A DNA stretch of 64,000 bases from Patescibacteria group bacterium (GTDB taxonomy: Bacteria > Patescibacteriota > Patescibacteriia > UM-FILTER-42-10). Each line of letters starts with the position of its first letter. Within the stretch, counting starts at the first letter, position 1. Positions 25,063-33,936 of the stretch are shown one piece after another. A program made the translations under genes and the position numbers. The notes below the pieces were generated by a model, which ran no database searches, had not been told where the DNA came from, and saw only the letters and a list, made by a program, of their open reading frames with translations. Location of the stretch: assembly GCA_041664365.1 (NCBI GenBank), contig JBAYKW010000006.1, positions 7,286 to 71,285 on the forward strand. The letters run 5' to 3'.

Positions 25063-25292
25063 TGTAACCATTGCGAGCGAACACAGAGAGCGACGCAATC
25101 CCGATACTAATTTGGAATGATTATTAATGAGTAGCGGGATTGCTTCACTCCGCCTTGGCGGAGTTCGCAATGGTTTCTTTTGTAAGTATAACGCAAAAAG
25201 CTTTATAAAAAAAGTAGGCCCCCGGGAGTAAACATCTAGCAGAATTGCAGATGAATACTCGAGGGGGCACAGTAGGAAAGAACTTGGAACGT

Positions 25293-26408
25293 CTAGCGGA
25301 TGCACTCCTGAACCAGCTCAACGATCTTGAGCGAGTGGATGCACGACGCCGGCGTGTGACTGCCGGTCCGGGACCAGTTCTGGAGGGAGTTGAACTCCCT
25401 CACGAAGAACCAGATCTTCTCCGGCTTGATTGCGTAGTTGGGGCTGGCGAAGCGTTCCTGGATCAGGATGGACTCGAACAGCTTCTCGAGATGAATCCGG
25501 GACGCAACGCGCTTGTTCGTCAGGATCGAGATGTTCCCTGACCTGCGCCTGATGACCAGGAGGTCAGCCAGGTTCAGATCGAAACATGCCGACGCTACGT
25601 CCTGGTTATCGGTCTCGAGAAGAACTCCCCGGAGACCATTGCCGAACGTGAACGTCCGCGACTTCTTGAAAATCTCCACTGCACGCAGTCTTGCCTGGTG
25701 GCGGGCCTTCTGGTGTTTCGACCAGATCTCCCGCCAGAACTTGACCTCGGAGAGAATCTCCTTGTCAGTGGCGCCGTTGATGGCCATGTTGCGGATGTAT
25801 CCGGAGAGACTCCAGCTACTCTTGTGAGCATGGAACCGCCAGTACTCAGCCATGACCTCGTCGCTACGCAGCTCCGGGTCAGGCTTTCCGCGCGCCATCA
25901 GATGCGCGTCGATGACCTTGAACATCTGGTTCAGAACATTCTTGTTCGCGAATCCCATCTTGCACATCGACAAGATGATCAAGGCGAACGCGTAGGGCAA
26001 GCCCTTCAGCTCACCCGTCTTGTTGTTCTGGTTGGCGAGTGCCACCAGTTCCAACGGTGCGGGGTGGTTGATGCCGAAGTCGTGAGCCACGACTCCGGAA
26101 GAGGAGCCGAACCCACGCTCGCGGTACATGTTGAAGTCCACGTCCACGAGGTAGAGGTTGCGCGAACGGGCGCTCTTCTTCTGAGCGTCCGTCAACCAAA
26201 CTCGGTCGGCGAACTCCAGGGTCGTGTCCTCGAGTTTCCACCCGAGTGTGTGCATCGCCAAGTAAAGCGCGACGACCTTATCGAATTTCAAGGCCGCGCT
26301 GAGAAGTCCCTGATACCGCATCATGGGGTTTCCTCCTGCCATGACAGAGGTTGTTTGTCCCGTTGTTGGGACTTTGTTCCGCGTGAGCAGAACGTTGTCG
26401 AAGAGCAT
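25293..26408 (-). CDS. Hypothetical 371-aa protein, GC-rich cassette driven by a P1-type promoter
   Basis: SD GAGGAG 8 nt upstream of the ATG (MLFDNVLL..; track start 26435 is 9 codons further up). About 56% GC. No recognisable motifs. Confidence 0.5.
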   Translation of the reverse strand: MLFDNVLLTRNKVPTTGQTTSVMAGGNPMMRYQGLLSAALKFDKVVALYLAMHTLGWKLEDTTLEFADRVWLTDAQKKSARSRNLYLVDVDFNMYRERGFGSSSGVVAHDFGINHPAPLELVALANQNNKTGELKGLPYAFALIILSMCKMGFANKNVLNQMFKVIDAHLMARGKPDPELRSDEVMAEYWRFHAHKSSWSLSGYIRNMAINGATDKEILSEVKFWREIWSKHQKARHQARLRAVEIFKKSRTFTFGNGLRGVLLETDNQDVASACFDLNLADLLVIRRRSGNISILTNKRVASRIHLEKLFESILIQERFASPNYAIKPEKIWFFVREFNSLQNWSRTGSHTPASCIHSLKIVELVQECIR

Positions 26409-26540
26409 ACTATGTCTCCTCGTATGAATCGGCAATTTAGAATTGTCGGCTCAAACGAAAAGCTTTCAGGTACCAATGGAGAGATACTGAAAGCGCCGAT
26501 TGTTGACATAGCTCTCTCCAGAATTCTATGTTAACAGGCC

Positions 26541-26569
26541 AGTATATACCTAAATTGGGTTTTTGTCAA
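26541..26569 (-). promoter_or_regulatory. P1 promoter copy 3 (minus strand): AACGGGG-TTGACA-N17-TATACT, identical -35/spacer to 20020-20048
   Basis: Reverse complement of 26541-26580 reads CCCAAACGGGGTTGACAAAAACCCAATTTAGGTATATACT. Only the right half of the palindrome is retained. Confidence 0.5.
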
Positions 26570-26657
26570 CCCCGTTTGGGACAAAGGGAGAGCAAGCTCT
26601 CCACCTACATTCTTGCATCAGTACTTTTTAGCTAATATTAGCAATTAATTAATTCTA

Positions 26658-26818
26658 TGGATTACCGCTGGAGTTTATCCCCGCGAAGGCGGGGACGGGA
26701 ATGACTTGTTGTTTTGATTGTCATCATCGGGCTTGACCCGGGGATCCATTACAATAATATATTGAACCAGCGCTCCGACAAGCGACCAGTTTGGACAACC
26801 AAAATCGGGTTTTCTGCA
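26658..26818. repeat. Composite repeat copy E: R2 hairpin pair (26658-26749) then R1 in inverted orientation (26769-26818)
   Basis: Reverse complement of 26769-26818 = CTGCAGAAAACCCGATT..AAACTGGTCGCTTGTCGGAGCGC. Inverted relative to copy D. Confidence 0.5.
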
Positions 26819-26877
26819 GGGCGGAACGCAACCCCACCCTTAACCTTTAGACAATAGACAAGTATAATTAAAACACT

Positions 26878-28641
26878 ATGCAGAAAAAACTGGAAAACAT
26901 ACCACAGAAGCCGGGTGTCTACTTTTTCAAGGACCAGAAGAATAACATTCTTTATATTGGCAAGGCAACTAACCTGAAAAGCAGGGTGCGTTCGTATTTC
27001 CAGAAATCCGCTTCTTTGGAAATCACTAAGCAGATCATGGTGCAGAAGGCGGTGGACGTGGACTATGTAATAGTGGATTCGCCGACGGAGGCACTGCTAC
27101 TCGAATCCAGTTTAATTAAAAAATACAAACCGCCCTATAATATCAGTTTGAAAGATGATAAATATTTTGTGTATCTGAAAGTAACATTGGATGAAGAGTT
27201 TCCGCGGGTGCTGACGGTGCGCCGGGTGGAAAAAGATAAAAACCGTTACTTCGGTCCGTACGCGTCCGCCACGGCGGTGAAAAATACTTTGCATCTTTTG
27301 AAAAGAATTTTTCCGTATAAAATTTGTAAAAATCCGCCGGAGCAGCCGTGTCTGGGATATCATATCGGCCGGTGTCTGGGACATATTACGGATACAAATA
27401 CGAAAAAAGATTATCAGCAGATCGTCCGGGGGGTGATCAATTTTCTGGAAGGAAAAAATACCAAAATTGTTTCCGATCTGAAAGCGGAAATGAAACTGGC
27501 ATCCAAGCAGAAGAAGTTTGAAAAGGCGGCCCGGCTGCGCGATCAGATTTTTTCCATCGGGTCGGTAATGGAACGGCAGAAAGTGGTGTCCACCAAAAAA
27601 GAAAACCAGGACTTTGTCAGTATCGCCCGCACTGAAAGCATTGCCGCGATCAATCTGTTCATGGTGCGGGAAGGAAAACTGATTCACCAGGAAAGTTTTC
27701 TGCTGGAGCATGTGAAAAACCGACCGGATGAAAAACTGCTGGAGTCATTTTTGAGCCAGTATTATTCACAAGTTTCCCAATTCCCGAAACAGATTTTTAT
27801 TCCCGTAAATATCAGCGATTTTGAAATACTGGAACAGTTCACCAAAGCTAGAATCACCGTTCCGAAAAGAGGACGCAAGCAGAAACTGATTAAACTGGGA
27901 GCGATCAACGCCGAGCAGTATTTGCGCCGGCATGAACTGGAAGTTGCCGGCCGTGATCAGATCGGCATGAAAGCAATTCAGGAGCTTGCGGAGAAACTGG
28001 GCCTGAAAAAACCCCCGCACCGGATCGAGGCATATGATATTTCCAATATCCAAGGTACCAACGCGGTTGGATCCATGGTGGTTTTTACGGATGGAATGCC
28101 GGATAAAGCGCAGTACCGTAAATTTAAAATCAAGACCGTTAAAGGTGCGAACGATCCGGCAATGATGCGTGAGGTATTGAGTAGAAGGTTTGAAAAAGTA
28201 AAAGCCGAAATGAAAAATCGCTGGTTGTTGCCGGATCTGGTTATTCTGGACGGAGGTAAGGGGCAACTGAGCTCGGGGGTTTCGGTCTTGGCGCGTGGCG
28301 GAATTAAAATCCCGATTGTGGCACTTGCTAAACAAGAAGAAGAAATATTTGTTCCGGGAAAAAGCGAATCAATCAGGATCTCCCACGATTCGGAAAGTTT
28401 GAAAATACTGCAGAGGATCCGCGATGAAGCGCACCGGTTTGCAATCGGATTTTATCGTTCAAGACACAGGAAGGCGACACATCGGTCGCTTCTGGACGAG
28501 ATTCCGGGAGTCGGACCTGTCTCTAAGAAAAAACTGATCCGGGAATTCGGTTCGGTGCAGGGGATTCGTGATGCTGATGTTTTGCAATTGGAAAAAGCGG
28601 TGGGTAAAAAATTAGCAAAAATTGTGAGAGAATATTTATAA
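26878..28641 (+). CDS. uvrC: Excinuclease ABC subunit C
   Basis: N-terminal GIY-YIG (GVYFFKDQKNNILYIGKATNLKSRVRSYF), UvrBC-interaction, RNase H-like endonuclease and C-terminal HhH domains. 587 aa. Confidence 0.9.
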   Translation: MQKKLENIPQKPGVYFFKDQKNNILYIGKATNLKSRVRSYFQKSASLEITKQIMVQKAVDVDYVIVDSPTEALLLESSLIKKYKPPYNISLKDDKYFVYLKVTLDEEFPRVLTVRRVEKDKNRYFGPYASATAVKNTLHLLKRIFPYKICKNPPEQPCLGYHIGRCLGHITDTNTKKDYQQIVRGVINFLEGKNTKIVSDLKAEMKLASKQKKFEKAARLRDQIFSIGSVMERQKVVSTKKENQDFVSIARTESIAAINLFMVREGKLIHQESFLLEHVKNRPDEKLLESFLSQYYSQVSQFPKQIFIPVNISDFEILEQFTKARITVPKRGRKQKLIKLGAINAEQYLRRHELEVAGRDQIGMKAIQELAEKLGLKKPPHRIEAYDISNIQGTNAVGSMVVFTDGMPDKAQYRKFKIKTVKGANDPAMMREVLSRRFEKVKAEMKNRWLLPDLVILDGGKGQLSSGVSVLARGGIKIPIVALAKQEEEIFVPGKSESIRISHDSESLKILQRIRDEAHRFAIGFYRSRHRKATHRSLLDEIPGVGPVSKKKLIREFGSVQGIRDADVLQLEKAVGKKLAKIVREYL

Positions 28642-28649
28642 TGTAACAA

Positions 28650-28677
28650 GGGGTGTGGACTGATTAGTCCACACCCC
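28650..28677 (+). terminator. Hairpin GGGGTGTGGACtgattAGTCCACACCCC 3' of uvrC (no T-run)
   Basis: Perfect 11-bp stem. The lack of a U-tract makes intrinsic termination uncertain. Confidence 0.4.
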
Positions 28678-28895
28678 GCTCAAGATAAATAGAATGCCAA
28701 AGAAAATAAATATAGAGGAAGAAAGTGAAGAACTGAAAGCAATCCGCCGTCAGAAAAAGAAAACACCCCGTATGAAAGTTTCGGGGAGTTCAGTTCGGCA
28801 GCTTGCGAGGATAATTAAAGAAAAGTCTGTAAAAAAGTAACCATTGCCCGATACCTTTATTTCATTAATGCCCGGCCTGCAATGTTTGTCCGATC

Positions 28896-31004
28896 TTACC
28901 CTTGTATATATTTATTGGGTATTTCGGTGATAAAACGGGAAGGGACGGACATTCTGGTACTGCCCCAGATTGTTCTTTGTTCAGTATGCGTGATGTATAC
29001 CCTTTTTCTGGCGCGCGTGATCCCAACATAGCACAGCCGTCGCTCTTCTTCTATTTCACCGGGCTCAAACAGGCTGTTAGTATGGGGGAAGAGACCTTCT
29101 TCCATGCCGGCCAGAAAAACAACGTCGAATTCCAAACCCTTAGCGTTGTGGGCGGTCATCAGCGTTACACCCGGCTTAGTGCTGTCCAGAAGGTCAATGC
29201 CGTTAACTAAAGACACTTCTTCCAAATATTGATGGATTCCATCCAATCCTAGAAGGTTATCAAACTTTTTTGCCACGGATTTCAACTCCATAATATTTTC
29301 CCAGCGGGTTTCCCCCTCTGATGTACCGTCCTGCGTAAATTTTTTGTAGCCGGTTTTTAAAAGGATCAGATCGATAATTTCCCCAGGTGTCAGACTATTT
29401 GCTTTGAACTTGATATCTTCAACCATTCCGCCAAAATTCTCGAGCGCCAGTGCCGCGCGTTTGGACAGGTCCGGGATTGATTGCGCTTCCATGGTTGCCT
29501 GCAGGCAGTCAATATTTTTCTCGGCGGCGTACCCGCATAAAACAGACAGCGTCTTTGCGCCGATTCCGCGGGTTGGTTCGTTGATGATTCTTTTCAAGCT
29601 GATGGAGTCTTTCGGCTCTAAAAGTATCCTTAAATATGCCAGCACATCTTTAATTTCTTTACGTTCATAAAACCGTACGCCGCCGACAATCTGGTAGGGC
29701 ACCCCGTAATCCAAAAGCGATTCTTCCAGTGCCCGGGACTGTGCGTTGGTTCGGTACAGGACGACAAATTTTGATAAATCAACTGTATTTCCCCGGATTT
29801 TCTGCTGGATCTCATTTCTGACGGACGGGGATCCGATGCGCATGCTTCTTTTAATTCCCTCTACGCGCATTATTGTATCTAAAATTCCCATTCCTTGGGA
29901 TTCTTCTGATTCATAGACTATTTCATCGCTATCGCTTTCATTTTCTTCTTCGGGATTCAGGCCGAATATTTCTTTGATAATGAAATCACCTTCGTCACTT
30001 TCATCTGTTACCTGCTTCACCACTATTTTGTTGCCTTCCACCTCATCGGTCCAGAGTTTTTTGTCTGTACGTGACGCGTTTTTGGCAATTACGTAGTTGC
30101 TGGCATCAACAATCGTCTTAGTGGAGCGGTAATTCTGTTCCAGGTGGATTACTTTTGCATCAGGATAGTCTTTTTCAAAATCCAGAATGTTCTGAATATC
30201 GGCTCCGCGGAAGGAATAAATACCCTGCCAGTCATCACCGACTACGCAGAGGTTACGGGACTGCTTAGCCAGTAGATTGGCGAGAACATACTGAGCATGA
30301 TTGGTGTCCTGGTATTCATCCACCATAATATATTGAAAACGCTGCTGGTATTTTTCCAGCACCTCCGGGAATTTTTGGAAAAGTTTGACAGTCAGCATGA
30401 TCAAGTCGTCAAAATCCAGGGCATTCAGGTTTTTTAGCTGTCTTTGATATTCAATATAGGCATCCGCGGCGATCTTTTCCAGATGTTCCTTGGCTCTGGA
30501 CTGGAATTCCGCAGGTGTCAGCATATTATCTTTCCCCTGATGACAGATCATGCTTAAAATAGTGCGCGGTGAATATTGTTTCGGATCAATATGGAGAACT
30601 TCAAACACTTCTTTCATTACCGAATTCTGATCATATTGGTCATAAATAATAAAATTGTTGTTGTAACCCAGCGCTCCGATTTCTTTTCTCAGTATTCTGA
30701 CGCAGAAGGAATGGAAAGTTCCGACCCAGGGCTGCCTGTCATTGAAAAGCTGGGAGGGACTGAATTTTGTATGCAAAAGCTGTTCCACCCGCTGACGCAT
30801 TTCAGTAGCTGCTTTGTTGGTGAAGGTAACTGCGAGGACTGATGACGGCTGTACTTGGAGTACGTCTATTAAGTAAGCAATCCGGTGGACCAGCGTGCGG
30901 GTTTTACCGGAACCGGCTCCCGCCAAAATTAAAACAGGGCCATCGGTCTGTTTTACTGCTTCCAGCTGTTTATTATTTAAATCTTTGAGGATAGGGTTTT
31001 CCAT
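28896..31004 (-). CDS. uvrD: ATP-dependent DNA helicase, UvrD/PcrA family
   Basis: Walker A AGAGSGKT, helicase motifs (VDEYQDTN, TFHSF). Full-length SF1A helicase. Confidence 0.9.
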   Translation of the reverse strand: MENPILKDLNNKQLEAVKQTDGPVLILAGAGSGKTRTLVHRIAYLIDVLQVQPSSVLAVTFTNKAATEMRQRVEQLLHTKFSPSQLFNDRQPWVGTFHSFCVRILRKEIGALGYNNNFIIYDQYDQNSVMKEVFEVLHIDPKQYSPRTILSMICHQGKDNMLTPAEFQSRAKEHLEKIAADAYIEYQRQLKNLNALDFDDLIMLTVKLFQKFPEVLEKYQQRFQYIMVDEYQDTNHAQYVLANLLAKQSRNLCVVGDDWQGIYSFRGADIQNILDFEKDYPDAKVIHLEQNYRSTKTIVDASNYVIAKNASRTDKKLWTDEVEGNKIVVKQVTDESDEGDFIIKEIFGLNPEEENESDSDEIVYESEESQGMGILDTIMRVEGIKRSMRIGSPSVRNEIQQKIRGNTVDLSKFVVLYRTNAQSRALEESLLDYGVPYQIVGGVRFYERKEIKDVLAYLRILLEPKDSISLKRIINEPTRGIGAKTLSVLCGYAAEKNIDCLQATMEAQSIPDLSKRAALALENFGGMVEDIKFKANSLTPGEIIDLILLKTGYKKFTQDGTSEGETRWENIMELKSVAKKFDNLLGLDGIHQYLEEVSLVNGIDLLDSTKPGVTLMTAHNAKGLEFDVVFLAGMEEGLFPHTNSLFEPGEIEEERRLCYVGITRARKRVYITHTEQRTIWGSTRMSVPSRFITEIPNKYIQG

Positions 31005-31166
31005 ATTGGTTAACCTACTATATCATATTGAGTTAAAAAATCTACTATAAATAAAGGATATGCCATACCTTTACAAATAGCGCCCCATATGTTAGACTAG
31101 AAACCAATCGCTTTCCGGTAATTAAACATAGGACAAGATTAATTCTTTATTTTTTTTGCGAAAGAA

Positions 31167-31382
31167 ATGCAAAACATCCTAAATATTGTTCAGTTAGTAG
31201 TGGCGGTTATGCTGATAATCGCGATTTTACTTCAAAATAAAGGGGCCGGCCTCGGTGGTGTTTTCGGCGGAGATGGAAACACATATTCAACCAAGCGCGG
31301 CTTTGAAAAAAACTTACATATTATTACTATCGTGCTGGCTGTGTTATTTATCGGGCTGGCACTGAGTAATTTCATCATTTAA
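31167..31382 (+). CDS. secG: Preprotein translocase subunit SecG
   Basis: 71 aa, two TM helices flanking the Gly-rich loop LLQNKGAGLGGVFGG. Confidence 0.75.
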   Translation: MQNILNIVQLVVAVMLIIAILLQNKGAGLGGVFGGDGNTYSTKRGFEKNLHIITIVLAVLFIGLALSNFII

Positions 31383-31442
31383 TTTATATCTTCCTGTCGG
31401 AAGAATTACTTATTCTTAGGTATCCACAAGGACTTATTCAGA

Positions 31443-33353
31443 GTGGGAAAAGATAACAATACAGCGGAAGAAAATCCATCAGTTGAAAAAAATCCTGAAG
31501 GTAGGAATAAATTTTCAAACATGTTTTCAGTTATTAAAAAAAGCAAAAAAAATAACGACGGTTCTTCAGATAAAGACAAATGGATAAAAAAGCATAAACT
31601 GATGGAGAAAAAACTGGTAACTTCGCTGAACGATAAAAAAATTCCGACCTACCGCCAATTCAAATATCTACCGCGCTATTTTACCAAAAAAGAATCTACC
31701 ATTGTACAGATTGCGCTGACTGTTTTCATTATTTCGTTCCTGTTTGTTTTGGTCAGGGTTTATCAGACCGTAACCCATGTTGTTCCTCAATCCGGCGGAA
31801 AGTATACGGAAGCATTGGTCGGATCGCCAAAGTATATCAATCCGATACTGTCTCAAACCAACGACACGGATATGGATATCGCCAGATTAGTTTTTTCCGG
31901 TTTATTGAAAATTGATTCAGATTTGAAATTAGTAAACGATCTTGCGGAAAAGTACGAAATATCCGAGGACCAGAAAGAATACACGGTGTATTTGCGCAAG
32001 GATCTGAAATTCCATGACGGTCAAGACCTGAACGCTGATGACGTATTGTTTACCTTTGAAAGTATCCAGGATACGAGCTATCGAAGCCCGTTATATCTGA
32101 ATTTCAGCGGTGTGGGATTGCAGAGGATTGATGATTATACAGTCAAATTTGTTTTGCAGGAACCTTTCACTCCGTTTTTATCCAGTTTAACTTTTGGTAT
32201 TTTACCGGAACATATTTGGGCCGAAATATCGCCGGAATCAGCGTATCTGGCTGAATATAATTTGAAACCAATCGGTTCCGGGCCGTTTCAATTCAATAAT
32301 TATACAAAAGACAAAAACGGAAATATTAAATCATACGAACTAAAGAAATTTGAAAGTTTTTATGATAATAAACCGTATTTGGATCAGATTACTTTTAAGT
32401 TTTATCCGGATCCTATATCGGCAATGGACGCGGCAAAGAATAAGAATGTTGATGGCGTGAGCTTTGTCGCCAATGAATATAAGGAAGAACTACAAAAAAG
32501 AAATGGAAATATAGAATATCATTCCCTACGTTTACCCCAGTATGCCGCGGTGTTTTTCAACCAGAAGAATGAACTGCTGAAGACCAAAACCGTGAGAGAA
32601 GCGCTGGCCTATGCTGTTGATAAGCAATCAATCCTACAGAATGCGTTAAACGGGGAAGGCGAGATAATCAATGGTCCAATATTGCCGGGTTATGTCGGTT
32701 ATAATCCTGAGATTAGAAAGTATGAGTTTAACCTGGATGAAGCTAGGCGGATTTTGGAGGAAGATGGCTGGAAGTACCCGGATGCTGTTGACGGTGAGCC
32801 GGCGCCTACGGTCCGCGTTAAGGACGGCGCGGAACTGGCGTTCGCGATTTCTACTATTAATTCATCGGAATATCTGGCGACACTTACGATAATTAAACAA
32901 GCATGGGAAAGTATTGGGGTACGTTTAGAGGTAAAGGAATATTCAACCAAAGATATTCAGAAAAGAGTGATTAAGCCACGCGCATATGAGGCGCTGTTAT
33001 TCGGAGAAATAGTCGGAACTGATCCGGATCCGTATCCTTTTTGGCATTCTTCGCAGAGCAGGGACCCGGGCCTGAATCTTGCAGTGTTCTATAATAAAGA
33101 TATTGATCAGCTGTTGGAAGAGGCCAGAAAAACGAATGATGAAGAACAACGTCGACTGAAATATTTGCATTTCCAAAACATTCTAGCAGACGAGATCCCC
33201 GCGATCTTTTTATACAATCCGGTTTATACATACGGTTTGGATGAAAAAGTCAAAGGATTGGAGGGTCAATATATTTCCGTCCCCTCAGACCGTTTCTCCG
33301 GTATTTTAAATTGGTTTATCAAAACCAACCGTAGATGGGGAAAGGAGTCTTAG
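31443..33353 (+). CDS. ABC transporter substrate-binding protein, family 5 (peptide/nickel), membrane-anchored
   Basis: SBP_bac_5-like core. N-terminal lysine-rich stretch then TM anchor (IALTVFIISFLFVL). The track start is an alternative GTG; the true start may be a downstream Met. Confidence 0.8.
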   Translation: MGKDNNTAEENPSVEKNPEGRNKFSNMFSVIKKSKKNNDGSSDKDKWIKKHKLMEKKLVTSLNDKKIPTYRQFKYLPRYFTKKESTIVQIALTVFIISFLFVLVRVYQTVTHVVPQSGGKYTEALVGSPKYINPILSQTNDTDMDIARLVFSGLLKIDSDLKLVNDLAEKYEISEDQKEYTVYLRKDLKFHDGQDLNADDVLFTFESIQDTSYRSPLYLNFSGVGLQRIDDYTVKFVLQEPFTPFLSSLTFGILPEHIWAEISPESAYLAEYNLKPIGSGPFQFNNYTKDKNGNIKSYELKKFESFYDNKPYLDQITFKFYPDPISAMDAAKNKNVDGVSFVANEYKEELQKRNGNIEYHSLRLPQYAAVFFNQKNELLKTKTVREALAYAVDKQSILQNALNGEGEIINGPILPGYVGYNPEIRKYEFNLDEARRILEEDGWKYPDAVDGEPAPTVRVKDGAELAFAISTINSSEYLATLTIIKQAWESIGVRLEVKEYSTKDIQKRVIKPRAYEALLFGEIVGTDPDPYPFWHSSQSRDPGLNLAVFYNKDIDQLLEEARKTNDEEQRRLKYLHFQNILADEIPAIFLYNPVYTYGLDEKVKGLEGQYISVPSDRFSGILNWFIKTNRRWGKES

Positions 33354-33476
33354 TATTGTGACAAATTAAAATCAGGGGATGTGGTGAAACTGCCATAAAC
33401 CGCTAAAGGGTTCATGGCAATCCAGTTGTACGTGATTATTAGACTAACATTTTTAGTGTACGGTTTTTAAAAATTA

Positions 33477-33514
33477 GGGGATGTGGTGAAACTGGCATAC
33501 ACGCAGCGTTCACC
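33477..33514 (+). pseudogene. tRNA-Leu-like 5' fragment (acceptor 5' strand GGGGATG, D-arm, anticodon stem 5' strand; no 3' partner)
   Basis: GGGGATGTGGTGAAACTGGCATACACGCAGCGTTCACC is 34/38 identical to the 5' half of the intact tRNA at 33618. A shorter copy (GGGGATGTGGTGAAACTGCC) lies at 33375-33394. Confidence 0.5.
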
Positions 33515-33617
33515 TGCCCGCCCGTCCATCACGCATATGCGGGATGGACGGACCCGCCATCTTGCCAGATTTATTGGTAAGATATATCTTTTCAAAGTTA
33601 AAGTACATAAAAAACAT

Positions 33618-33704
33618 GCCGAAGTGGTGAAACTGGTATACACGCAGCGTTCAGGTCGCTGTGGGCGCAAGCCTGTGGGAGTTCGACTCTCCCCTTCGGC
33701 ACCA
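33618..33704 (+). tRNA. tRNA-Leu (anticodon CAG), class II with long variable arm, CCA encoded
   Basis: GCCGAAG-TG-GTG-AAACTGGTATA-CAC-G-CAGCG-TTCAGGT-CGCTG-TGGGCGCAAGCCTGT-GGGAG-TTCGACT-CTCCC-CTTCGGC-A-CCA. Anticodon loop identical to E. coli tRNA-Leu(CAG). Confidence 0.9.
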
Positions 33705-33848
33705 AAATTCTATTATTCACTATGGCAAGGCCCGCCCGCCAGAGTGCCTCTGGCACGTCGGGCGCGGCAGGCGGGGGTCGCTGTGGGCGCAAGCCCGTCC
33801 AATTTCTAAGAACACATATCAAATCTTTCTTTGACGCAAAAATTGTAC

Positions 33849-33888
33849 GGGCAAGCTCGTGGGAGTTCGACTCTCCCCATCCCCACCA
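33849..33888 (+). pseudogene. tRNA-Leu-like 3' fragment (variable arm, T-arm, acceptor 3' strand CATCCCC-A-CCA complementary to the GGGGATG fragments)
   Basis: GGGCAAGCTCGTGGGAGTTCGACTCTCCCCATCCCCACCA. A further anticodon-stem/variable-arm fragment GGTCGCTGTGGGCGCAAGCC lies at 33777-33796. Confidence 0.5.
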
Positions 33889-33936
33889 GAAAATTATTTG
33901 AAAGCTATATTATTTGAATTAAATCATTATCAATTT

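Noticed and set aside
33467-33822. Track ORFs 33467..33670-, 33483..33809+, 33598..33822- and the 33859 start of the RNase J ORF
   Set aside because: They run through an intact tRNA-Leu and tRNA-derived fragments and use alternative start codons, so they are not credible protein-coding sequences.
33477-33888. Possibility that GGGGATG...CATCCCCACCA is a tmRNA or an intron-containing tRNA
   Set aside because: There is no G3:U70 alanine identity pair, no tag-peptide reading frame and no pseudoknot signature. The span contains a complete independent tRNA-Leu rather than a group I intron, which would be >200 nt with P/Q/R/S elements. It is better explained as insertion-disrupted tRNA remnants.
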